From positions 1-34,443 of the forward strand of contig NW_021832781.1 in assembly GCF_006345805.1 (NCBI RefSeq): a stretch of 34,443 nucleotides of DNA, read 5' to 3'. Source of the stretch: Octopus sinensis. Lineage: Eukaryota. Positions 9,341 to 21,503 of this stretch are shown piece after piece. Within the stretch, counting starts at the first letter, position 1; every line of letters begins with the position of its first letter. The notes beneath the pieces were generated by a model that saw only the letters and a program-made list of their open reading frames with translations, was not told where the DNA came from and made no database searches. The position numbers and the translations under genes were made by a program.

Positions 9341-9649
9341 AGAAAATTCACGGAGAGACTAGGGAGGAGAAGGAAAGAGGAAATGAGAAAACGAAAGAGA
9401 AGAGAGCCCAGAATGGAAACCGCGCGTGGGTTACTTTATATGTTCGACCTCTGATTAACCGGAAGTGTGGACGGTAATTATGGTTTACAGATGCACACAC
9501 GCACACACATCCTTATATGTGTGTGTATGTGTATGTGTGCGTGTTCGTATGTGCGAACACATTATAAATATCTATATTTCTATATGAACATATGAGCTGG
9601 TGTGAATGTAAGTTTGAGAATGGGTATTTGTGTATGTGTATATTTACAC

Positions 9650-9830
9650 ACACATACGCACACACACACACACACTTACTCTCATTCCCTCCACACTCAC
9701 ACTCTCAGTCACACACACTCACACACATTCACTCACTCACACACACTTACACATACTCACTCACACACACTCACTCACACACACACACTCACATGCACAT
9801 CCGCACTCACTCGAACACACACGCATGCAT
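9650..9830. repeat. (CA)n/(CTCA)n cryptic microsatellite
   Basis: Direct reading. Confidence 0.9.
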
Positions 9831-10269
9831 ACATCTGCTAGAAGACTGTAGATAACTCACAACCAACATACATCACATCTAGATCGAACACAGAATCACT
9901 TGGTTGCCAAGCTAGTGTTTTAACCATAAAGCCACGCTTGCCTCCGTACTTTGTTTAAGACCAAAATGAAATAAAAATCCATTACATTAAATATCTAGTA
10001 TTTAATCTTTTTAATCTTTCCGCTATTTCTATGAACGTAGAACTGAAACTACACCGTAGATTAAAAGCACACACAAAAAAAAAAAAAATGCAAAAAACAA
10101 ACGTAAAACAGCCTAATAAAATTTAGTAAAAAAATCTCTGAAAAATTCCAAAATTTCATGTAACAGGAAGACAAAAATGTATGTAAATTAAAATACAAGT
10201 GGTTTACAAAAAACAAACGAACAAACAAATGGGAAATTTAATGTATGTGTGCATGATAAAGTAATATAT

Positions 10270-10308
10270 GTATGCACATATACATATATAGATACATGCT
10301 TATATATT

Positions 10309-10356
<48 letters not shown>

Positions 10357-10636
10357 CACACACATATATATATGACTATGTAACGGAATATATATCAATG
10401 TGTGTATGGTATAGTTATATATGTATATATTTTTATATATAAATTGACATATATATACACACATATATGTATATGTATATATATATAAATATAAATATAT
10501 GTATGTATATATATATATGTATATATATATATGTATGTATATATATATATAAAACGATGATGGAATATATAATGTATGTACGTATGATATACATATAATA
10601 TGCATATGTATATATGTATGTGTATATATATATATT

Positions 10637-10702
<66 letters not shown>

Positions 10703-10743
10703 CGGAATATATACTTATGTATATATGTATGTATATATATATA

Positions 10744-10798
<55 letters not shown>

Positions 10799-10802
10799 TA
10801 TA

Positions 10803-10863
<61 letters not shown>

Positions 10864-10875
10864 TATATATATATA
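10270..10875. repeat. (CA)n and (TA)n microsatellite block
   Basis: Direct reading. Confidence 0.95.
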
Positions 10876-11221
10876 AGTTCGTCTCTGCAAGTCACCAAGT
10901 CCATGTGTTACTCTGATATTCTCTCTTCTGTTTTCGCAAATTGGCATTTGGTCTTCGCCGAAACACAATCCTTCTTATGATTTATTCTTTTATTTTCTTC
11001 TATTTCATTTTAGTTTTTCTTCTATTTCAGGCTTTTCTTTTGTTTATTCATGATTGTTGTCGCGTTTGTTTAAATGGAGGAAATTGGGGAAAGGCATTGG
11101 AAATGAGAGGTGAGGTAAGGTGTTACAACTGTATCGAAATTAATCGACGGTTGTTGCGTTTAGTTTAGCTTAACCCAACCTTCTGGGGCTCAACAAAATA
11201 TAGTATCACCGTCACCATCGC

Positions 11222-11408
11222 TTCGCGGCATTTTGTCCGTCTTTATATTCTGAGTTCAAATTCTGTCGAGGTCGACTTTGCCTTTCATTCATTTGGAGAT
11301 GATAAAATAAATAATGGTTGAACGCTATTCGATGTAATCGACTTGACCCCCACCCCGACTCCACCCGCACGAAATTGCTGATCTCGTGCTATAATTTGAG
11401 ACCAATAT
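11222..11408 (+). mobile_element. Family A SINE, old-tail, 5'-truncated
   Basis: ttctgagttcaaattctgtcgaggtcgactttgcctttcattc...gatgtaatcgact...ataatttgagaccaatatt. Confidence 0.8.
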
Positions 11409-11510
11409 TACACAATCGAATTATATGGTCACGATTTGTCAGAACGATGCATTGTTGAAACGATCGTAATGAAGGAATAAATGCAAAGCCAATGATTCTA
11501 TTGTAGGACT

Positions 11511-11870
11511 TGTACACACACACACACACACATACACTCACACACACACATACACACACACACACTCACACACACACACATACACACACACTCACTCACA
11601 CACACACACATACACACACACACTCACTCACACACACACACACTCACTCACACACACACATATACACACACACACTCACTCACACACACACACACATATA
11701 CACACACACTCACTCACACACACACACTCACTCACACATACACACACTCACTCACACACACACTCACACACACACACACACACGCACACACACACACGCA
11801 CGCACGCACACACATACTCACACACTCACACACACACACACTCACTCTCACACATATACACGCACACACA
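11511..11870. repeat. (CA)n/(CTCA)n microsatellite
   Basis: Direct reading. Confidence 0.95.
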
Positions 11871-12599
11871 ATACCTGTTAATAAAGAGAATGGAACGAAA
11901 CTGAAATAAAATTATACAGATCGGCAATAAAATAAAGTCGTACGATGTTTTTGAATTGTTTAGAGAGTGAACATACAAAATAATTACTGATACTAGAAAA
12001 CCGAAATCTCATGCAACAATAGTAGAAAAAAGCTGGTTAACGAAAATTCTCTGTCTTTAAGGAATACCATTCTACGATACGTTCAATGATAATTCCAATT
12101 GATTGTATTCATAACATTCATCTGTTGGATCTCACATTGATATTCTTCCTATGTAATAATTTTATTGGCGAAAAATAATTTTCGTTTAGTTCCTGGATTT
12201 TAACAAGAATTTTTTTTTTGTAAAATAAGGAAGAAAATCATTCGATTTTTGGTGAAAAATCAGGTATCTATAACTAATAAATTATTCTTTGGTATTGATC
12301 CGAAATTATTTTATTGGAGAAAAATCATTTCTTTACAATTTCAATTCATACTCGGCCATTTTATATGCTCAGTCGAAAGACTAACGAAAGAATATACGGG
12401 GTGGGAATGGACGGTGGTTTTGGGGTTAACGTTCTGTGAAGAGAGGATTAGGTATCGTAGTAATCGTAATGCGTGTTGAAGCAGAGTGGAGGTGAGGGAA
12501 ACAGTAAGGGGTATCTAGACTGGGTTCAAAGATGGAAGTGGTATGCAATTAGCTATAGTTCAAAGAAACACAAATAGTTGTATTATTAATAGAAAGATT

Positions 12600-12890
12600 A
12601 AAAGTGGTAAGCTAGCAGAATCGTTACCATGCCGGACAAAACGCTTAGCGGCATTCCGTCCGTCTGTACTTTCCGATTTCAAATTCTGCCGAGGTTGACT
12701 TTGCCTTTCATTCCTTTCAGGGTCGATAAAATAAATATCAATTGAGTACTGGGGTTGATGTAATCGACAAGACCCCCTCCCCAAAATTTCAAGCCTTGGG
12801 CCTATGACAGAAGGAAGTATTAATAGAAAATTAAAAGTAATGAGGTGGCAGAAGCTTTAGCATGCAGGTTGCTTTATTGGCATTCCGACC
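12600..12890 (+). mobile_element. Old-tail family A SINE (12600-12822) followed by a second truncated head
   Basis: Head aagtggtaagctagcagaatcg, central domain, tail ccccaaaatttcaagccttgggcctat. The 5' flank and head then restart. Confidence 0.8.
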
Positions 12891-12916
12891 TTTTCAGAAT
12901 GAAACGGTCGGAATGC

Positions 12917-13124
12917 TGTGTCTGTGTTTGTTCCCCCAACATCGCTTGACAACCGATGCTGGTGTGTTTACGTCGCCGTAACTTAGCGGTTCGACAAAAT
13001 AGACCGATAGAATAAGTACTAGGCTTACAAAGAATAAGTCCTGGACTCGATTTGCTCGACTATAGGCGGTGCTCCAGCATGGCCACAGTCAAATGACTGA
13101 AACAAGTAAAAGAGTAAAAGAGTA
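12917..13124 (+). mobile_element. Family B SINE 3' half
   Basis: gcttgacaaccgatgctggtgtgtttacgtc...ggcggtgctccagcatggccacagtcaaatgactgaaacaagtaaaagagtaaaagagt. Confidence 0.9.
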
Positions 13125-13407
13125 ATGGTCTAAAAAGTCAGTATTGTGTCTACAGCAAATCTACAGAGATAAACTTAGGAGACACACAAATTTGAATGTT
13201 GGACGGTTTGGTTGCTATTTCTATTAAAACTCCTCGTCGGATAGTTTGTTCTGTTAAGCTAATAAGATCTGAAACGAGGGAGATTTTGGATGCCATTTCT
13301 TGCGTATCCAGTGACGAAGGAGTGGGTCATTCGTTTAACTCGTACTTTCTGTTGTTAAATCCAATAAGACACAAATTGAGTGAGTTTTGGATGGTATTTC
13401 TTGTAAG

Positions 13408-13637
13408 GCGGCGAGCTGGCAGAAACGTTAGCACGACGGGCAAAATGCTTAGCGGTATTTCGTCTGCCGTTACGTTGTGAGTTCAAATTCCGCCTATCTC
13501 GACTTTGCCTTTCATCCTTTCGGGGGCGATAAATGAAGTACCAGTTACGCACTGAGGTCGATGTAATCGACTTAATACCTATGTCTGTCCTTGTTTGTCC
13601 CCTCTGTGTTTAGCCCCTTGTGGGTAATAATGAAATA
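13408..13637 (+). mobile_element. Full-length young-tail family A SINE
   Basis: Perfect 15-bp TSD ggtatttcttgtaag at 13393-13407 and 13638-13652. Confidence 0.95.
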
Positions 13638-14099
13638 GGTATTTCTTGTAAGCCGCCTGACTATTATGAAAGTCAATCGTTAACTAATACATTCTATTGT
13701 TAATGTTACTAACACGTAAACTAAGCGAGATTTAATCGCCATTTTGTGCGCGTCAACTGACAACGCAATGAAAGAGAGAAAAGCATTCGTTTCCTCGTAT
13801 TCTCAAATTTTTGGAGCCAATAAGTTGCGAAATGAAGAAAAATTTGGCTGCTATTTCTAGGATGGCAGATGATCATTTGCACAGTCGTTTATTAGTTCAT
13901 CAGCATCTAACATTTTACTATTTTATAGTGTTGGTCTGTAAATGTAAGATGGAAACGTCAATTTGTTTTATAGCTGTCTGACGTAATTCAGCGGTGGTTT
14001 ATTTGGACATGTAGAAAAGTGATGTTTTATGGCGTGTCAACTTCTGTAGTTGCAGACGATAATATATATGTAGACGTATGCACATATGCATTTGAATAA

Positions 14100-14118
14100 A
14101 TAAGTATATGCAAGTATG

Positions 14119-14161
<43 letters not shown>

Positions 14162-14298
14162 AGAGAGAGAGCTACAGAGAGACACACCATACTTGGATAA
14201 GTAGATAGATAGGTACATACCTACATACATATATACATACATATAAAAATATATATCTACATGTTTATGAGTTTTCTGTTTGTCCATGCAAGAGTGTA

Positions 14299-14343
<45 letters not shown>

Positions 14344-14473
14344 CATTGTATGTATATATATGTATTTGTGTGTAAATATGTATATGCATATATGTAAATG
14401 TACCTGTGTGTACATATATATGCGTGTGTTTATATATATATATATCTGTGTGTCTGTGTGTGTATATATATAT

Positions 14474-14518
<45 letters not shown>

Positions 14519-14954
14519 GAGAGGGAGAGAGAGAGAGAGAGAAAGGGAGGGAGAAGAAAGATTCTGTGATCAAACTCTCTAGCCTACAGTGTGATATTTC
14601 AATATAATAAAGAACTTGTAAATGTCACAGATATGTTAACAAATATAGTTTACACACATACACACAGACACACTTACACAAACACACACTTACACATGTG
14701 AGTATGTGTATATATGCATATTTTATATACATACATACATACATATATACACATACACACACTCATATACATATTACATGTGTATGTGTGAACGTGACAT
14801 GTGACTATACGAAGCTGTGTGTTTGTATGTGTGGGTGTGTATGTATGTGGTGTGTGTGGGTGTGTGTGTGTGTGTGTGGTGTGTGGTGCAAGAGTGTGTA
14901 CGAACGAATACAGCATAAATTCCATATGAACGTAACTGTGACATTTAGAATCTA

Positions 14955-15053
<99 letters not shown>

Positions 15054-15418
15054 TATATATCATATAGAGATAAATATATATACGTACATACTCACACACA
15101 CATATTTGCATATTTACATGCATGTGAACATATATTCATACACGCTTATACTTATATATGCATACACATATACATACATACACACATATATATATAGAGA
15201 GACACATTTAAGTCCGAATATATTTGTATGTAATGTTTTAATATTGCTTAAATGTATATGGATTAATAAATAGGAATGTTTAAGATACATACTTGTGAAA
15301 CGTATATGTATATGTGTGTAGATATATGTGTATGTATATATATATATATGTGCACATATACACATATGTATATATATACGTGTATGTGTACATCTATGTG
15401 TGTATATATTTGTGTGTG

Positions 15419-15474
<56 letters not shown>

Positions 15475-15688
15475 CGTGTGTGTGCACATATACATATACA
15501 TATATGTATATATATACGTGTATGTGTACATATATGTGTGTATATATGAGTGTGTGTACATATATATGCATATATATATGTATATGTGTATGTATGTATA
15601 AGATACACACAAAAACGCACACAAACACACAAACACTCACACATACACACATACACACACATATATATGCACATACACTTGTGTGTGT

Positions 15689-15729
<41 letters not shown>

Positions 15730-15760
15730 TGTCTGTGTATGCGTCTTATGTACGATACAT
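14100..15760. repeat. Long compound (TA)/(GA)/(TG)/(CA) microsatellite region
   Basis: Direct reading; source of many spurious YI/HT/CV ORFs. Confidence 0.9.
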
Positions 15761-16009
15761 ACACTCGTACTGTTATGCTGACACTGCAGAATATATAGTT
15801 CATTGTAAATACATTAAAAGTATGAGACGAAAAATTAAAAAGAAAAGGGGTCAGAGCGCATATATAAGGGTTTGGGGGAGCGTATTTAAGGGCCTGGTAT
15901 GCTGTTGATATATTCATTAGGTGTTTAGTGTCCAATTTCAACTATTTAAGACCTTCGTAATTTAAAAAGGATGTCAACGTACAAGAATATTGGAGAATGG
16001 TAGAATATA

Positions 16010-16172
16010 TGGCAGCCGACATTGGCTGTGGAGTTAAGGAACTGATTTTGTAACCACGTAGATTCGGGTTTAGTCCCACTGCGCAGCACGTTGGGTAGTT
16101 GACTTTTCCTATACCTCCAAGCCAACCAAGATTCTCGAGAGTGAATTCGGTAGACGGAAACTGTTTAGAAGT
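16010..16172 (+). mobile_element. Decayed family B SINE head
   Basis: ttggctgtggagttaag...gggtttagtcccactgcg...gaattcggtagacggaaactg. Confidence 0.6.
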
Positions 16173-16257
16173 CAATCATATTTATACAACAACAATAACA
16201 ACAACAACAACAACAGCAACAACAACAACAACAATAACAACAACAAAAACAATTATA

Positions 16258-16632
16258 TTAATCCTTTTTGCAAAAGGCACAAGGTTTGAAATTCTGTGGT
16301 AGGGTATTACACTCGTACTTATTCTATCGACACGGAAAGGATGGAAGGCAAGGTCAACCTCGGCGGAATTTGAACTCATAATGTAACGGCAGACGAAATA
16401 CCTATTTCTTTACTACCCACAAGGGGCTAAACACAGAGAGGACAAACAAGGACAGACAAAGTGATTAAGTCGATTATATCGACCCCAGTACGTAACTGGT
16501 ACTTATTTAATCTACCCCGAAAGGATGAAAAGCAAAGTAGACCTCGGCGGAATTTGAACTCAGAACATGACGACGAACGAAATATCACTAAGCATTTCGC
16601 CCGGCATGCTAACGACTGTGCCAGCTCTCCTT
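16258..16632 (-). mobile_element. Family A SINE dimer (young-tail unit then old-tail unit)
   Basis: Junction cagacgaaatac|ctatttctttac at 16401/16402 is the reverse complement of aaagaaatag|gtatttcgtctg. Confidence 0.9.
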
Positions 16633-16633
16633 A

Positions 16634-16673
<40 letters not shown>

Positions 16674-16737
16674 TAATAATAATAATGATGATGATTATGA
16701 TGATAATAATAATGAGATAATAATAATAATAATAATA

Positions 16738-17273
16738 CAGGCGGTGGCCCGTGGCTTCTGATCTTAACTGATTGGAAGTGTTATCATGTACATTGTTTTG
16801 TCTTGGTATAAAAGATGGGCTACAGCAAATATTCTGCTCATACACAGATTTGCTTGTCAGTTGTTTGACCTTACCCAGTTGAGCATGTCCTTAGTGGCTG
16901 ACGATATGTGCATCTCTGATCACGAGCAGAAGTATGTGGGGGAGCATCATAGCCATGTGTTGAGAGGGATTCTTTGGGGTTTGAATAGTTCACCTCTGGA
17001 AACATGGGTGGTTCTTTCAACATCCTTAAACAACCCTTATTCAGGGACCGTTTGAGCGGGATGGGCTACTCAACCTGAAGAAAATTCTAACTGGGCTCCA
17101 CCTGCAAGGTCATGTGCTGTTTATCTTGATATGAGATCACCATGTCGCGCACATATGGTTGTGATGCATGTGCCTGGTTGTACCTTTATCAGACGGGTAG
17201 TCATGATGGGTATATTGGGCTTCGTATATTTTACCCCAGTGTCACTTTGATGGCATGAACTGCTCTCTCACTC
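16738..17273 (+). mobile_element. Unclassified ~540-bp interspersed repeat (family C), copy 1, within (AAT)n
   Basis: Nearly identical along its length to 32345-32894; (AAT)n on both sides. Strand is nominal. Confidence 0.85.
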
Positions 17274-17320
17274 AATAATAATAATAATAGTAATAGTAAT
17301 AATAATAATAATAATAACAA

Positions 17321-17482
17321 TCCTTACTACTATAGGCCTGAAATTTAGTGGGAAAGGTTAAGTTGATTACATCGACCCCAGTGTTTCACTGGTACTTAAT
17401 TTATCTACCCCGAAAGGATGAAAAGCAAAGTCGACCTCGGTGGAATTTGAACTCAGACGAAATACCGCTAAGCATTTTGCCT
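17321..17482 (-). mobile_element. Old-tail family A SINE, truncated
   Basis: gattacatcgaccccagtg...aaaagcaaagtcgacctcggtggaatttgaactcagacgaaataccgctaagc. Confidence 0.85.
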
Positions 17483-17499
17483 TCTTTCCATTATGCTGG

Positions 17500-17985
17500 A
17501 GGTAACTCTTGGAACATTTCCCATAAAGAACTTGATTTGTTGTTCGGCACTGCTATTAGATGATTTTATGTGCTGCCCTCAAAAGTCTTGCATGTGTTCC
17601 ATGTAGGATTTTCTCCCAGTGTCTTTGTTAAAAGCCGTATTGTGCGGGCGTACGAGGGCGCTGTTTATATCGTTGCTCGAAAGATGCTAATCTTAAGCCA
17701 TTCGTTTGGATCTGAATTGAATCAGGGAATTAGACATCAAAACGAATCTGCTTAGTCTAGAAATTCAGATCATGTTTTAGACTGACAGTGTCTTCGAGAG
17801 TATCATATGACAGAGTATTCGGTGACAAATTAGATGTAAAGTGTGATGGATAAAGTTGACAATTTGTTTTTAGACATCTTTCAACAATAATCACTTCATA
17901 ATCACTGCAAATACAATGCTAAGTGCCTCGTTGGCAACTCCTATCTTTTCTAGGGCCTACTTCCGGCATTTGCTTGCGTGCCAAT
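17500..17985 (-). pseudogene. Highly decayed RTE-clade LINE ORF fragment (region after the RT domain)
   Basis: Minus-strand KISIFRATI*TAPSYARTIRLLTKTLGENPTWNTCKTFEGS loosely resembles the RTE pattern KxxIFRATVESILLYGxETWTLTKTLE. Many stops. Confidence 0.4.
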
Positions 17986-18059
17986 AGCATGGTGCATCTG
18001 TTATTAAATACTTGTTGCTCTGTTTTTCTGAATTTGCAGTGTTAAAAACACAATAGATA

Positions 18060-18605
<546 letters not shown>

Positions 18606-19544
18606 ATGAAAATTTGTTCCAGCAGCGGCCGGCGAAAGTTTCAGACACATTTCAGCCCTGGGGCGTTTTCCATGACAATTACTTGCAACTAAACACATGG
18701 TCGGACGAGAATTCGTCGCCTTTGACATAAGAAAAAAAGTCGAATAAAAAATTCACTGATGCAGCGAATTGCTTGTGTTGTGCTGTTCAAGCAGTATTTA
18801 ATTAAAATAGGTATCTAAGTATCATATTTAATGTACACACACTATCCATAGGCCAGTAACAGCAGTATTTCTCCTGAGATGAAATCTCTTAAGAACTTGA
18901 AAAGACCCATAAGAGATGTCTGAGATATTTATTGCGTTTTTAACACTATAAGCCCATAAGAGATGTTATCACTGGACAAATACTGCAGCAACTTGCCTAT
19001 CAACAGTGTGTATACATAAGGTATGATATACATAGGACAATTTAAATTAAGGTATTTTCTGCTCGCGGAACGTGGTTTTATGGCAACAGGAGAGAGAGAG
19101 AAAGAGAGACGGAGTGAGCGAGGGGAAAGAGAGAGAGAGAGAGAGACGGTGTGAGTGAGGAGGGAGAGAGAGATAAAGAAGTGGAAACGATGTACTTCAG
19201 GGGAGAGAATCGCTTTCGTTTTCCAGTTTTTAAGTTAAAAAGTTCTTTCTTTTTTTTTCTCGGTGGAAGGAAAAGGAAGAGAAGAGCTTTCGTGTTTTTG
19301 CTCCAATTGCATGTACCGGACATCAGATATAATCTTCTGTATGACTGAAACTAAAGCATATCCCTTACTTGCTGAAATAATTAAAATAATATTCATTAAT
19401 GACTAATATTGATTTTTTTATTTTCCTCGCTGCATAATTATATTTAATTAGCATTTTTGAAGTTCTTTGCATTTAATTATGTTAACACTAATTTTAAATT
19501 ACTATTTGGAGAATATATACAAATGCATTTATATATATATATAT

Positions 19545-19919
19545 TCTGTTATATAAAATCCGTTCTGTCTGTGTGTGTGTCTTCTAGGATCTCGGGCATC
19601 CTCCATCCGATTGCGTTCAAATTTGATATGTAGATACCGACGGTATCAGGGCGTGTCTTGAAAAAATTATAAAAATCCATTCCAGGTGAGAACGCGATCG
19701 ATAAAGCCGTGGGAACTTGCATTTGTAAAATCGGTTTTCTTGGAATAGGAAAAAAAGTCTATATTTATTTCTTCTTTTGCTGGTGTCTCAAATTTAGGTT
19801 AAATCAGTGTTTCTCGAAGTGGAGGCCTATGGGACGGTCGGACAAGTTGTTTTGAGAAAATTTGGTTTAAATGTTTGACAACTCAGCACCGTCCATTGGA
19901 CGGGGGTGCGTTTTGCTCG

Positions 19920-19920
<1 letters not shown>
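19545..19920 (+). mobile_element. Non-autonomous Helitron/Helentron-like (DINE/HINE-type) element
   Basis: 5' TC...tatataaaat, then (TG)n and ccgattgcgttcaaatttgatatg. 3' GC-rich hairpin gcaccgtcc-att-ggacgggggtgc (19886-19909) followed by ctcgt (CTAGT-like). Lies between (TA)n tracts. Confidence 0.6.
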
Positions 19921-19980
<60 letters not shown>

Positions 19981-19983
19981 TAT

Positions 19984-20040
<57 letters not shown>

Positions 20041-20393
20041 GCCCGAGATATCGTAATGGTGTGCACCTGTAATGAAATGTAGTAGTAGTTGTAGTAACTT
20101 TGAACGAAATATAAAATAGTAAAATGGATTTGGGCGTGGATCTTTGGGTAGAATTCCAGTTTTTTTCGACCTGTTGACCAACTCATCGTTGTACTGTATA
20201 AATGGCGGAGTTTTCCACAGAGACGTGTACTTTTACCATTATCTTTGACCAGACTTACTATGCAACACAGCGTGTATGTGTAACCAGGTTGGATCATTGG
20301 TATTACAGGTACATTTTTGTCTCTCATCATCGAATTGCAGGTTCACTCAATCTTTTCTCCTAAGCAAAATGTCCTGTTGTAGACTCTGTCAGC

Positions 20394-21164
20394 CTAGCAC
20401 TCAATGTAGAGGTCAAAGTGTTGCACCGTCTGAAGCCACCTTTCGACCAGTTCTTTGATTCCGCCCTGGTACCAGTTCTTGTCCGAGGCGAAGAACTCCT
20501 TTACTGAAGCTTTCATCTCCTCTCGATTGATGGGGCGTCTTGAGGGCAGAAAGTGAGCCATGATTCGGAATAAATAATAATCCGAGGGAGCTAAGTCTGC
20601 ACGATACACTGGGTGCAGCATCATTTCGATTCCGTCAACTTCCTGGGGTTTATTCCCGGTTTTTTCGAGCGGTATGGAATCATGCGTTGTCCTGCTGCAG
20701 AAGAAGTCGCTTTCTGTTATCCAATGCCGGGTATTTTTGCTGCACAATTGCACACATCCGTGAGATGCCAAGTTCGCCTGATACCCAACGAGTACTGCTT
20801 CACGGATTTGCTTCTATGGCTTGGAGAGCGGCCTCGTAAATCGATGTTCTTGCAGCCCGAGGGAAATTTCTTGAAACAAATGTTTACTGTACTGTGATCA
20901 ACTGCAAATTCACCTTCCGCACAACAAATGTTTTTGGTTGCTTCTGCGTTGTTATGGCCCAATTCGAACTCGTAAAGAATAAGTTCCCGAATTAGATAAT
21001 GTTACACATTCTTCTACGCAGCTTTAAAATCACAAACGGAATGAGGCTATGTACAATACGATTCAGCGCACCAACTACCATGGTGTAAACTACTTCGGTC
21101 ACATGATATATAACGTGCAAACTACCACACAAGCAAGTATTGCAGAAATTTTGACTCGCCTCAG
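20394..21164 (-). pseudogene. Internally deleted mariner element
   Basis: N-terminal IRELILYEFELGHNNAEATKNICCAEGEFAVDHSTV...FKKF (HTH) is joined to LLQQDN...HPVYRADLAPSDYYLFRIMAHFL...ELVERWLQTV. ITR-like tattgcagaaattttgactcgcctcag followed by TA at 21138-21166. Confidence 0.85.
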
Positions 21165-21207
<43 letters not shown>

Positions 21208-21503
21208 TCAACTAACTCGTTGAGTTTGTTGAGCAAACACTATATGAGAGAGGTTTTCTTTAAGTATTAGAAATAGTTTTAGAAAAGTTTTTTTTGGCTG
21301 CTATTCTAATGAGTTCAGTATCGGCAAAGTAATTTATTTTACTAAGCCCCTTTTATATAATGTAATAATTTGAATTCGCCTTAAATGGTCCCTTTGCATA
21401 CTGAATACTTGGTGAAATTGATTAATTAATTAATTTACCCTCATTGTTGAAATTATATATATATATATTATATATATATATATATATATATTTATATAAT
21501 ATA

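Noticed and set aside
19983-20330. 115-aa minus-strand ORF between the Helitron-like element and the mariner
   Set aside because: No motif recognised in any frame; the segment remains unassigned.
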